From Ruditapes philippinarum (lineage: Eukaryota), in contig NW_026865541.1 of the NCBI RefSeq assembly GCF_026571515.1, forward strand, positions 124,001-188,000: 64,000 nt of DNA. The letters are read 5' to 3'. A program made the position numbers and the translations under genes. Positions 14,701-27,137 of the stretch are shown here, piece after piece. Position 1 is the stretch's first letter; each line of letters starts with the position of its first letter. Under the pieces are notes generated by a model. It did no database searches. It had not been told where the DNA came from and was given only the letters and a program-made list of their open reading frames with translations.

Positions 14701-16372
14701 ATAAATGGTACTAAGGTTAAAAATGCTTTTTTAACAAGCAGTGCCAATCTTGTGGGTAAAGTATTACCAGTCCTGGTCCGGGAAGAAAACTCAGGAGTGA
14801 TTTAAATAAACTGCAAGCTATCATCAAAATCTAACTTAAATATGTAATTTTTAAACTCAAGATTGTTTTAAAATTATCTGTATTAAACATGAATAGGCAA
14901 CATTTAATCAAAAGCACCTCAAAAAATGAGAACTGTACAGTGCATACCGGTCCTTCTCTAATGCAATTTAACGGTTTTAACTCCTATCCTACAAGGCTCT
15001 AAAGTGATTGGCCCTTGTCACAGACATTGAGCAAGGCCAGCCTGCACATATGTACAAGGCTCTAGCTATACTGATGGCTATGTCTTGATATCCCCAAAAC
15101 TGATAATGGAAAAAAATGGAAGATAGTATCATGTGCTTACCATAAAAGCTGGGATCCCTTCAATGTGAAAACTTCTGCACAACTCAACGTTGAGTTCATC
15201 TGCACAGTTTACTGCCCCTACTCTTAGCAACGGCCACCAATCTGAAAATAATAAATATAAAGGTATATGATGTATCCATAGATAATAGTTTACATTTAAA
15301 AGAATACTTAATAGGAAAAAAAAGTAAAAAATAAAAGTAAAAAAAAAAAAGCCGGCAGTATACACTTTGTTGTTTTTTTTTAAAGTTAAAACAGTCAACC
15401 GACTCAACGTTTGCACGTTGCCTGTCCCAATTAGTACAGATATACAACACTGTATCATAATTAATATTCATTTCTACTGAATAATATTACAATTTTTAAT
15501 TAAGTTTAATTAACAATATTTGTTAATTACAAAAAGATCCATGACATCACTTTCAGATGTCTTCATAAATTAAGTTTGACAAACCTGTAGTTGACCAAAA
15601 CCACTCTACTTTCCTTGCAAAATTCTAATTAATACGGGGAAGTCAAAGACCGGGCCCGCAAAGCGGGTCCGGGCTTTGGCTTGCCCGGCTATAGACTGCA
15701 CGTGTATATGTAAAAGAAAATCAAATAAAAAACAATTAAAAAATTATATAGAATTCTATACCTATCAACGAAATTTTTAAGTGTCAGTTCTAGTCGGGCG
15801 CCGCCATTTACAATGTAACTCAATGATAATAGGCGGGGTATTCCGATAACGGAACAAATCTCAACTTTTCAGATAAATAATGATCGTCTAGTGTTCCGAG
15901 TGAAAACGGAAGCGGTGCATGTAATACCGAATGACACCTTTTAAACAGAAAGAATGAAAGGATTTTTTTAACGACTTCCCCGTTCATAGGCTTTGCCTAA
16001 TTTCATATTATCCGAACATTGATACTATCCGAATATCCAAATACTCAAAAAGTCAAAATTAGCCATACCAAATGAAGTATTGAAATTTAGATCAATTTCG
16101 TATATTATTAGAAACAAACCTTCGTGTTTCTTTGCAAATTCCTTCCAAGTTGGGGCAAATTTAATGCAATGACCGCACCAGCTGTTGTAAAATTCCACAA
16201 TCCAACCGCTGTCAGATCTCAACACATTTTGGTGAAAATTATTTTGATTCAGTATAAAAACTGAGCTCGTTGGGCTGTAAAGACCTTCTGCTTTCTCTGT
16301 ACAAATCACACACCCAATCAAACAAACAAAAAATATCAAAATGATGGAATGTTTCATATGATTCCACTTCAT
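5708..16372 (-). CDS. QSOX: Quiescin sulfhydryl oxidase (QSOX), 10 coding exons, 671 aa, with C-terminal transmembrane segment
   Basis: GT-AG exons in compatible phases: 16372-16120, 15241-15141, 14257-14109, 12725-12635, 11171-11035, 10732-10571, 9701-9572, 8894-8778, 6898-6760, 6444-5708. Total 2016 nt. Features: signal peptide; thioredoxin motif VEFYNSWCGHC; VYMKDLES helix-rich region; Erv/ALR domain CKGSEPRFRGYPCGMWTLFH, FFGCQIC, LWLWRAHNMANSRL, EDPKHPKIQFP..CPEC; C-terminal hydrophobic helix followed by basic residues. Confidence 0.96.
7994..8658. mobile_element. Hairpin-ended interspersed element (possibly non-autonomous Crypton-type); similar architecture at ~15631-16000 and ~31628-32158
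   Basis: ~150-bp terminal hairpin (GTGTTATAACGTCTGCAGAGTCCC ... GGGACTCTGCAGACTTTATAACAC) plus inverted pair ATTATAGCATAAA / TTTATGCTATAAT. Classification uncertain. Confidence 0.5.
11876..12556 (+). mobile_element. HINE-like element in a QSOX intron with 3 x 167-bp repeats
   Basis: 5' end AACTAGAAATGTGTCC..ATGCCCCCAC; units at 11994, 12161, 12328; GACG/GACT microsatellite; 3' hairpin CCCACATTGTGGGGGCAT. An internally deleted relative lies at ~118-217. Confidence 0.75.
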
Positions 16373-18369
16373 TTTCCACGTTTCATTTTTCCCCTTGTTT
16401 ACTAGTGAAATCTCCTATTTGAAGAGTTCCAGAAACAGCCCCAAATAATGAAAACTACAATGAAGAATTTTGTTTGAAATTCATTCTTTGAACATCAATC
16501 ACAGTTGATTTATTTTTCAAGTTTAAATATTTCAACAACAAAATAAAGCTTTTACCTGTTAATCTAATTTATTCTTAGTAATTTTTTATAAAAGTTGCTT
16601 TGATGAAAGTTGCAACTTTTATTATTATTATTATTATTATTACAACATTTCAACATTACACGATTTCAGACACTTTGCAGTTAATTGGACAAAAATGTCC
16701 CAGAAATATAGAATGTCAATAGCTCTGTTATAATTTATCATGTAAAGGTTTATTTTATCGTCTGCAATGTCAGTTTTTAAAATATTTTTTCAAACACATT
16801 ACCAAAATAGGGGTTGAGCCACTGATATATAAACATATTTAGCTCCATGGTTGAGCGAATTTACCTAAATGAAAAGAAGGTTTCTGTGAGGGTGAATTTC
16901 ATAACCGGAGGATTTAAATTTCTTTTGTGTAAATGGCTTGGATAGTGGGTTAAATAGTCTGTATAATCGTTCCAGGTCTATGACGTTAACATTTAATCTT
17001 ATCTTCTTTGATTCCTCTTTTAAACAATCCTTATAAACTTCTTGCAATTCTTGTTAGGCCTTTGCTATTTTGGGAGATTTATAGTTAGATAGGTAAAGTA
17101 ACTCTTCTGTTCTGGCATCTAAATAAACATAATAATGACTTAAGTCTTCTGCTACAATAAATTTAAATTTCATAAAATATTTATATGTAATATCAATTTT
17201 GAAAGAGAAAATAGGCCTGCAGTCAGTAGCAAGGTTCTTATCACACCAAGGCCCGGACAAATTTCAATAAATTGATTTTTTTCTTTATGCTTTTCTGTCA
17301 GCCTTTTGTAATTTTAGTATACAATGTATAGCTGTAAATACTGCAGATAATTTTAAAAATCATGTAAATGTGAATTACTTGTATTTTACTATGTAAAAAG
17401 CATGGGACAGCGGTGTTTTTTTTTTATTTAAATAAGTTTCGCATAATACTGTGTGTAGAGCGACTATACAGAGTTTGTAGATAACATCTTTAAGGTTAAA
17501 GATTGATGTTGAACTGACTTTCTGCATCTTAACAGAAGTAATTTTCTTGCACTGGATTAGCCGTATAGTTAATTCCTCATACGGCATAAAATAATACAAA
17601 AAATATATATATATAATAACAGACGACTGTTTTGTTTAGATTTTTTCTTTAATAATTTATAAGTTAATATAATACAAAACACAACAGATGTTAGCACTGT
17701 GACAAGATTACAAATGCACTGCACATCACCAGGTACTGTATGTGTCAAACAGGAAAAGGAACCTGAAAGTAAAAAAAAAATAATAATAAAGAAATTATCA
17801 GTTGTTTTCTCTCGAAGGATATTTTTTTCAGAATATAATAAATACGGATGTTATGTTGCTTAGACACCGAATATAAGTTACGTTCGTTATTTAAAGAGTA
17901 ATATAGTATGACAGGCTGAAAACCCTGAGTGAACTTGTCGAACCTCCATTAAAATAAACATATCATTTTCATAATTTCATAATGAATATGTTTGTCAGGG
18001 ATCAGTTTAGCACCTGGTCAGATTACAAGGTTCGTAGTAGGAAGGAATTGTATTACATGTATTTATCCTGCTCATATGTTAAAAATATAAAAGCAAAAAC
18101 AAATTATCTTTACAAATCTTGTAAATTGTAATGTAGTATTCAAACGTTTTCTCGTCTCCTTAGCATTCTTCAGCATGTCTCCATTTTTTTGTTAAAGCCT
18201 TAGAATTTAGTTCATTTTTCGGATGCATAAATTATGTGATCCTAAAAGATTTAGTGAAATTTGTAAAAAAAAAAGTTTCTTGAAATGTGATTAATATTGA
18301 TTAAATTATAACTTCTATTGTAACATTTTAATACTTACATATCACAGAATAATATTGGCAAAGTTTAGT

Positions 18370-19075
18370 TTATTTTCCAGAAACTGTTGAGTTGAGGAGA
18401 ATAATCTGGTCTTGGTTGGCGTTGGTGTTGAACAATTGTGGGAGAAGGAACAACAAGAAGAACAGGGGCACTGAAATTTTTAAGAAAGAAAGAACATGCT
18501 ATAAAATGTTTGTAATTGGCTATAACCAAGTAAGTTAACACCTTTACTTCGAGATAAAAGACAAATATTGAAAACGGTAATCAAATTAAACAAATTATCA
18601 ATGTATTAGTGGTGCAATAAAAAATCAATATTTAAAAAAAAAAACTTAAAAACACCATATTCTTGATTAGTGCATATAGTTACTTACAGATGGACATTCC
18701 AAGACCTCCGGCGGCCTTTGGTGCTGCTGGGACTGGAATGTATGCAGCCTGTGCCATTACTTTGCCGTAGCTAGATCCGTAGCTAGAACCGTAACCAGAG
18801 CCGTATCCAGCACCGTATCCACTGCCCATACTAGCACCGTAGCTAGGACCGTATCCACCGCCGATACCTCCGCTGATATGTCCGATACCGCCAACTGAAC
18901 CACCGCCAAATGAAGCGCCACCGAACGATGCACCGCCGAATCCGTCATCATTTCCCCATCCGTTGTCATCATTTCCCCATCCATTGTTGTTGTTCCAGTT
19001 ATTGAATCTGTCGTCGGCGAAAACCATTCCGACGACGGCGGTCAAAACGACGGTGACGAAAATTGTGATCTTCAT
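18370..19075 (-). CDS. Gly/Tyr/Asn-rich secretory-pathway structural protein, paralog 1 (162 aa; shell/periostracum matrix-like, family unassigned)
   Basis: Coding exons 19075-18688 (388 nt) and 18470-18370, phase-1 GT-AG intron. Non-coding exon 1 ~19672-19637 below a TATTTAA box; probable 3'UTR exon from 17762. Signal peptide MKITIFVTVVLTAVVGMVFA; C-terminus LPLFFLLFLLPQLFNTNANQDQIILLNSTVSGK*. Confidence 0.9.
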
Positions 19076-19636
19076 GGTTAGGGTTCTGAAATTTTACAAA
19101 ATTTAAAATTTAGATAATTTTTTATCAAATGAACATGATATTACCAAATTATCATACAGAAAGAACAGAACCCAAGTTAGACAGACAACATAATAAGAAA
19201 AGCGGCGCGCATTGGTACAGGTTCAATGTGCAACAATGTTGAATATATTGATATATATTGAGTTGAATATATGCTTTTTACTTCACTCTTGTCGGTAATA
19301 AAGAACGAAAACTGGTATTAAAACTCAAATCAATTTCTCAAAAATATATCTATCTTTTCATCAGTCAGAAGGAAATTTAAAGTCATTGCTTATACTCCTT
19401 TCTATGGAATTACATGTTTATCAAAATCTAACAAAAACAAACAAAAATATATATATTTTTAAACGACAATAAAATTTAGAATAAATGTAAATGCTGAAAA
19501 AAATATAAAAAAAATATCCTTTTCCAACCATTATATTACAAATAAATTCGTATATAGAAATCAACAAAATGAATAAGATGTTGTTTCTAAATATGACTTT
19601 ATTAATGAAAATACTTTAATTATGCACACTACTTAC

Positions 19637-19800
19637 GATGTTTTTGGCTTGACGTTCTTTGGCAGAAGTAATTTTAACACGGCATGTTCGAGCTTAAATA
19701 GTGAAAATTAACGTCGAACTTAAATCGACGTAACGTAACGTACCCGAAGCTTTCAGACAGCCGGACGTAGCGATATAACGATTACATCGTGTTGACAGAT
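19637..19800 (-). promoter_or_regulatory. Promoter and non-coding exon 1 of paralog 1 (type A)
   Basis: TATTTAA at 19700-19694, about 25 nt above an Inr-like ATTACT; donor GTAAGT. Plus-strand blocks CGTAACGTAAC, CAGACARCCGGA and TTGACAG are shared with paralog 2. Confidence 0.7.
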
Positions 19801-20499
19801 TTGACACCCATGGCGTTTATTAATTTCAATACAGTGAAGTAAAGTCTGTCTGGTTATAATGTTAACATTAACCATTGTTGGGAATAAAGAAATGTCTTTA
19901 AAAAAAGTAAAACTAATGTAAACTGTACAAATTAGACTAGCACTCTCTGTTTCAAATCCACAAAGGCGTAATTTGCATAAAATATATCATACAATGTAGT
20001 ATGCCTAAATGGTTTTGCTGTGTTGGTTACAAAGTACATATATTGTGAGTTTGTGCCGACATAGTGCCTTCCGGCAGAAAACACAGAATTGTATGTTAAG
20101 ATGTTTTTGGAAAGAGTAAAATTATAAATGAACTGAAATAAAATATTGATTAAAAACATCACCCCCCCCCCCCCCAAAAAAAAAAAAAAAAAAAAAAGAA
20201 AAGAAAAAGAACAACAAAAAAGAACAACAACTGAAATTAATGTTACAATAAAATACAAAAGTATAACGTTTTATTTAAATTCTTTCATAACATAACTTTG
20301 TATCACGTGACTGATGATATGATTTAAACACATTTTATTGCTACTTTGTATGTCTACATCTGTATGATCATGCTAACACAATTGTAAAAATTGTAAAACT
20401 TACAACAGTAACAGGCGACTCTTTTCTGTAATATCTATCATACTAAATGACAATAACATTGTTACAACCAAAATGAATCTACTACAGAGCAGTTTGGAT

Positions 20500-22520
20500 T
20501 TAGATTAAGATTTGCTAAATGACAATGAGCCTTTTCCATCAGATTTGCAAAATGATCAAACGCCCCTTAAAGAGATGGGCTAAAGCCCCTCTGTTAAATT
20601 TGCTAAATGAACATCCCCCAACCCCTTAATTAGGTGGGCAAATGTCCTTTAGCTAATTTAGCTAAATGATCAAACGCCCTTCCACACGGTGCATATCCAT
20701 ATCGGTACCCTCTTTGCGAAATCTGCTGAAACGGTACCCTCTCTGAACATGCACAGGTCATTCTCTGCTAAAAACAAACCAGCGATGGATACCAATCCAG
20801 TAAAATTTCATTGTAATAAGGAAAGGAGGTATGTCACGTAGAAAAGATGTATACCACGGAACACTAGGATATTTTATTTATGTGCTGATTTGTCATGTGC
20901 CCGATTTTCATGTCTTGCAACTTCACAATAAGCTACAAAAAATCGACATGTCTTGCTTCGCCCATCACCTCGACATATTTTTCGGGCTGAAATGAACCTG
21001 TGGCTTGATTATATATGCATCATACATATTTAATATGTTCATATACATATCATCTTCGGACAAATGGCAGTATATTGTCAAAAATAAATGTAAAATTCAT
21101 AAAAACACCCTACTTTCGGTTTTGCAGCGGCACGGGCTACCTCTCTTCATTTGAATTTTTATATCACAGGTACCCTCTCATTTTTTAACACATGGGTACC
21201 CTCAAAGCACGACATATCCTTTTATTTGCGTTAATCGTTAAGTATGTAATATTTACATAAAAGTAAAAAGTATTACATACACACTTAACGATTAACGCAA
21301 ATAAAAATATATGTCGTGCTTTGAGGGTTCCAATGTGTTCAATAATGAGAGGGTACCTGTGATATAAAAATTCAAATGAAGAGAGGTAGCCCGTGCCGCT
21401 GCAAAACCGAAAGTAGGGTGTTTTTATGAATTTTACATTTATTTTTGACAATATACTGCCATTTGTCCGAAGATGATATGTATATGAACATATTAAATAT
21501 GTATGATGCATATATAATCAAGCCATAGGTTCATTTCAGCCCGAAAAATATGTCGAGGTGATGGGCGAAGCAAGACATGTCGATTTTTTGTAGCTTATTG
21601 TGAAGTTGCAGTACATGAAAATCGGGCACATGACAAATCAGCACATAAATAAAACATCCTAGTGTTCCGTGGTATACATCTTTTCTACGTGACATACCTC
21701 CTTTCCTTATTACAATGAAATTTTACTGGATTGGTATCCATCGCTGGTTTGTTTTTAGCAGAGAATGACCTGTGCATGTTCAGAGAGGGTACCGTTTCAG
21801 CAGATTTCGCAAAGAGGGTACCGATATGGATATGCACCGTGTTCCATGTGGTGGTCAAAAATCCCTCAATTAGATTTGCTACATGACAAAAAGCCCCTTA
21901 TGAGATAGACAAAGGATCCTCAGTTACATTTGTTAAATGAACAAACGCCTCTTAATGTGGTGGGCAAATGTCCCTCAGTTAGATTTGCTAAATGACCAAA
22001 CGACCCTTAATGAGATGGACAAATGCCACTCCGTTAGATTTGCTAAATGACTAAACAGCCCTTGGTGAGATGGGCAGATGCACCGACGTTAGATTTGTTA
22101 AATGTCCAAACGCCCCTTAATGAGGTGGGCAAATGCCCCTTAGTTGAATTTGCTCAATAAACAAAAGCCCCCTGATGTGGGGGGCAAATGCCCCTCAGTT
22201 AGATTTGTTTAATGACCAAACGCCCCTCTGTGAGGTGGACAAATGCCCCTACGTTAGATTTGCTAAATGATCAAACAGCCCTTGATGAGGTTAGCAAATG
22301 TCCCTCAGTTGGATTTGCTCAATAATAAAAAAATCCTTAATGTGGCGGACGAATGCCCCTCAGTTAGATTTGCTAAATGAACCAAAGCCCCTTAATGTGG
22401 AGAACCAAAGTCTTTTCGTTTGATTTGCTAAATGAACAAAAGCCCCTTTATGTGGTGAACAAATGCACCTCTTTTAGATTTGCTAAATAAACAAAAGCCG
22501 CTTAATGAGGTGAACGAAAG
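20500..22520. repeat. 55-bp tandem satellite interrupted by the foldback element
   Basis: Unit ~TTAGATTTGCTAAATGACCAAACGCCCCTTAATGAGGTGGGCAAATGCCCCTCAG; about 3 units left of the insertion and about 12 to the right. Confidence 0.9.
20685..21841. mobile_element. Non-autonomous foldback DNA transposon with Transib/RAG-like termini
   Basis: 1157-bp near-perfect palindrome (arms ~570 bp). Ends CACGGTG...CACCGTG. TTCCA duplicated at 20680-20684 and 21842-21846. No convincing ORF. Superfamily assignment is inferred from termini and TSD only. Confidence 0.85.
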
Positions 22521-22739
22521 TGCCTAGATAGGGAAAGGTGAAATTTGTATAATAATAATAGGATAATTTTAACAGAATAAGGTGTCAAATATTGAGACTT
22601 ACTGACTACTTAAATTGAAGAAGTCTAACTAAAGGTTTTAATGATATGAGATTTAGAAATGAATGAGTAGAAATAGAGAATTTCTCCATAACTTTTCAAT
22701 CTAAACTAAACAAATATTATAACCCGTGAAATAAATGAC

Positions 22740-23785
22740 TATAATCTACAATAACATTAACTTGGTTATTTTTGAATGGATTGTCTTCATACTTAGATCA
22801 AACAATCCTCAAGTAGACTAAATTGATTAAGACCTTCACTCATCAGCCACCTTAACCTTGAAGGTCAAATAAATGAAGTTTGCTTGTTTTTTGTTCTAAT
22901 TGTCCATAACGTTTTATATTTATGAATGGATATGAATGGATTATCTTCAAACTTGAGCACAAGTACAGTAAGGATAATGTATTAATGTAATTAACTCAAT
23001 TTGACATTGAATCATAAATGACATTGACTTTGAAGGTCAAATTATTGTCATTTCAAAATTTAGCTATAATTGGCTATAACAATTATTGTAATAAGATATA
23101 AAAGAAGATTTATTTGAACGTGACCTTGATCTTAATTTCTCCTTAACACTAAATGTCAAATTAATGAATTTTGCACCAATTGGCCAGAACTTTGTTACAA
23201 ACCTGACATGTTCAGTTTACTTATCCAAATTTGACATTGGCCTTCAAATGGCATTGACTGGCAAGGTCAAATTTTGAATTTAGCGAAGACTGTCATAACT
23301 TTGTTATTAATTTACGGATTTGAACTTGAACAAAAGTACCCTTATAACAAACCTGTACGTTGAATAATTCAAATATAACCTTGACCTTTAATTGACCGTG
23401 GCCGTAAAAAGGTAAAAATAAAATTGAAATTTCCTTAACTGGTCATAACTTGGTTAATTATTGACAGATTTGATTATTAGTTGGACACAAGAACACATGA
23501 CAAAACTGAAATGTTGAATTATTCTGATATGACTTTGACTTTTACTTGAACTTTACCATCAAGATCAAGTTATTGAAATTTCCTTAAATTGTCATATATT
23601 AATTGTTTATGTATGGATGATATTCATTCTTGGGCAAAACTGGCATGATTATTTACTCAGATGTGACATTGACTTTGGAATGATCAGGATGGTCAAGGTC
23701 ATTTATAAAATTGAATTCCATTGTTTCCTAGGAGTACTGTACTACAATATTGCCCCCCCCCTTTCCGATGTGGTTCATTCTTGTT
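22740..23785 (-). repeat. Degenerate TGACCTTG-rich interspersed repeat (Helentron-associated/HINE-like)
   Basis: Recurrent TTGACCTTGAAGGTCAA and GGCCATAACT motifs, similar to 54290-54900; AACAAG start on the minus strand near 23785. Confidence 0.5.
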
Positions 23786-24319
23786 TCTTTTTAAGGTTTG
23801 TTTAGTTAATAAACTTTATACATTATTTAACACTATTACACGTTAAATAAGTATAAACAAAGAAGTATTTTTTTTAAATATTTCCAGTCAAACTTACATA
23901 TACAAATGTTAAATTCAATATTTGACCTTGAAAGTCATGGTCATTTAAAGGTCAATGTCAAATTTGAATTAACTAAACATGTCAGTTTTCTTTTTCAAAA
24001 CCTTTGTTCTTTTCCTTTAACATACAATTTAAACACAAGACCGCTGATAGAATAGTTCATCACATCCTCTTAAACATGCAAAATTGTAATGACGTAACAA
24101 ATGATATTCTTATATGTAATTTATTTAGTAAGTTGTTCATGTTGATACCGCCTATAAAAGGGATTATGGTCATGTATACCAATACTCATTAAGAAGCGTT
24201 TGGTCGTTGTTTTTTTTCTCTCATAAAAATGCAAAACTATAATGACGCAAGAGATGATATTCTTATACTAGTATTAATTTATTTTGTAGTTGTTTTTTTT
24301 TATTCCGCCGAGGAAAGGT

Positions 24320-27077
24320 ATTATAGTAATGTGAGATGCTTTTGGTCGTTTTGTTTCTCTCTAAAATTCAATCCTGTAACTTTTGGTCGAGCGGCTTTTG
24401 TCTTACTTTCGTTTAACACTTACTTTTAATATGTACCACTTTCTTGTCAATAAGAAAAACTTATCTCAGCATTTATGCATGTCAATATTTAAGATGGTTA
24501 TGCTTACATCTTTTAATAATCAAATATCATCAAAAAATATATATTTTAGTAAGTATAAAAACAAGTTGTCTCATCCTCGTATCAAATTTCAGTTGTGAAT
24601 ATTTTGTTCGTAATGGTATGAGTACACGTTATATAGATTATATATTTAGTTAAAGGCCCATTATGACACAGAAACGCTCTCAAAAGCTTTTCATTTTTCG
24701 GCGTGCTTGTACAGTTTGCAAAATGTTGCTCATTGGCCAAAGTACCTGAACCATCCTTTTTCTTCTGTTGCATTTTGACAGTTTGCACAGTTGCGTAGTG
24801 ACTTCGTATTTTGCTAATTTTATCCCATTAATTTCAAATTTAACTTCCTTTAGACACCAAGAATTTAACATGCTCTAAATCCATTGTTTAAGTGATGTAC
24901 AACTCATGCATGACCTTTCTTAAGAAGTAAAAAGTTATTTGTTTCTGAGGCATAATGTGCCTTTAATCGGTATCAATAATAATTCATTGTTTGTAAACAA
25001 CACTGGTTTTATGAAGCAGTAATGTTCTGTGCAGAATAAAGTATACTGGTGCCTCATATTTCCGTGGTACCCATATTTCAAAGGTATTAGGTATGGACAG
25101 TATCAAGTGCCTCCTAGACATTATGCGCCTGCCAAAAGTTTCATTTTTACTTTTTTATTGTATTTTTATCAAAATGTTACATATACAACCGAGAAAACTT
25201 ATTATTTTATTCAGATTTAGAGCAAAGTAAATTATTTCGCTATTTTATTTTTACTCTTCATACCTTTCAAAACAATTGACTTTGTTAAACAACCATTGAG
25301 CTATTTGATAATTGCTATGGAGAAAATTCCCACTTTTAGACGAGGCTAGGTATAGATATACTAAAAATAAAGATTACTATTTGTTTTGCTTTTGAAACTC
25401 TTAAAATGTAATTGCCTTGGAAATACGAGAACACAACTTTACTCACTAGACAGCAGATGGGTTAATTGTCATGTTGTGTACATGCAAACATTAAATGGAA
25501 TAAACTATGATGTAATTGACATGTCTTTCCTACATTATTCAACATATTTTCCAGAATTTTATTAAAAATTCTGCTCCGCTTCGAGTTGCAAGTTCGCTAT
25601 AACTTTTGTTTTACAAAATAGTTGTGCAAGCAACATATACTGAACGAAGCGGAAAATAGTGTAGCGTGTTAATACATATATCTTGTTTTCAGTCATTTCC
25701 AACAAAAAGAGTTATAAACAAAAACATACATTTTTCGTTCCAAGATGGCGGCGTTTGTTTACATTTTGTAGGATACGACGCAGTTTTGATTCCCAGGCCT
25801 GATTATAGTAATGTGAGATGCTTTTGGTCGTTTTGTTTCTCTCTAAAATTCAATCCTGTAACTTTTGGTCGAGCGGCTTTTGTTTTACATTCGTTTAACA
25901 CTTACTTTTAATATACCACTCACTTATCAATAAGAAAAACTTATCTCAACATTTATGCATGTCAATATTTAAGATGGTTATGCTTACATCTTTTATAATC
26001 AAATATCATCAAAAATGTATATTTTAGTAAGTATAAAAACAAGTTGACATGGGGAATTGTCTCATCCTCGTATCAAATTTCAGTTGTGAATATGTTGTTC
26101 GTAATGGTCTGAGTACACATTATATAGTTTATATATTTAGTTAAAGGCCCATTATGACACAGAAACGCTTTTATTTTTACTTCTCAAAAGCTTTTCATTT
26201 TTCGGCGTGCTTGTACAGTTTGCAAAATGTTGCTCATTGGCCAAAGTACCTGAACCATCCTTTTTCTTCTGTTGCATTTTGGCAGTTTGTACAGTTACGT
26301 AGTGATTTCGTATTTTGCTAATTTTATACCATTAATTTCAAATTAAGCGCAACTTCCTTTAGACACCAAGAATTTAACATGCTCTAAATCCATTGTTTAA
26401 GTGATGTACAACTCATGCATGGCCTTTCTTAAGAAGTAAAAATTTATTTGTTTCTGAGGCATAATGTGCCTTTAATCGGTATCAATAACAATTCATTGTT
26501 TGTAAACAACACTGGTTTTATGAAGCAGTAATGTTCTGTGCAGAATAAAGTATACTGGTGCCTCATATTTCCGTGGTACCCATATTTCAAAGGTATTAGG
26601 TATGGACAGTATCAAGTGCCTCCTAGACATTATGCACCTGCCAAAAGTTTCATTTTTACTTTGTTATTGTATTTTTATCAAAATGTTACATATACAACCG
26701 AGAAAACTTATTATTTTATTCAGATTTAGAGCAAAGTAAATTATTTCGCTATTTTATTTTATTTTTACTCTTCATACCTTTCAAAACAATTGACTTTGTT
26801 AAACAACCATTGAGCTATTTGATAATTGCTATGGAGAAAATTCCCACTTTTAGACGAGGCTATTTATAGATATACTAAAAATAAAGATTACTATTGGTTT
26901 TGCTTTTGAAACTCTTAAAATGTAATTGCCTTTGAAATACGAGAACACAACTTTACTCACTAGACAGCAGATGGGTTAATTGTCATGTTGTGTACATGCA
27001 AACATTAAATGGAATAAACTATGATGTAATTGACATGTCTTTCCTACATTATTCAACATATTTTCCAGAATTTTATT
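24320..27077. repeat. Recent ~1.25-kb direct duplication (24320-25563 and 25802-27077)
   Basis: Near-identical copies separated by a 238-bp unrelated spacer; duplicated short ORFs appear in the track. Confidence 0.95.
24654..24962. mobile_element. TTAA-flanked MITE, Kolobok-like (copies also at 26145-26471 and 29831-30179; possible relative 63425-63794)
   Basis: TTAA|AGGCCCATTATGACACAGAAAC ... GTTTCTGAGGCATAATGTGCCT|TTAA. A TTAA TSD with AG..CT termini fits Kolobok rather than piggyBac. Confidence 0.7.
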
Positions 27078-27137
27078 CTTCTAACTATTATTGTCTGTGT
27101 AAACAGTTAAGTACCACGGAAATATGAGACACCAGTA
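26553..27137. mobile_element. TA-flanked MITE (Tc1/mariner-like); truncated duplicate from ~25044
   Basis: TIR TACTGGTGCCTCATATTTCCGTGGTAC / GTACCACGGAAATATGAGACACCAGTA, flanked by TA. Confidence 0.75.

Noticed and set aside
18680-18687. C-terminal ...MSICK ends (and extensions) given in the ORF track
   Set aside because: These are read-through into intron 2 (T|GTAAGT donor in all copies); the spliced proteins contain no Cys.
5708-19075. QSOX as a dedicated cross-linking enzyme for the adjacent array
   Set aside because: The array proteins have no cysteine, so QSOX has no substrate in them; adjacency alone is not evidence.
21185-21511. 108-aa ORF inside the palindrome as a transposase
   Set aside because: Short, no DDE or zinc-binding motifs, and it lies within mirrored arm sequence.
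20500-22520. 55-bp array as a CRISPR or coding repeat
   Set aside because: The whole unit is repeated with scattered divergence; no spacers and no sustained ORF.
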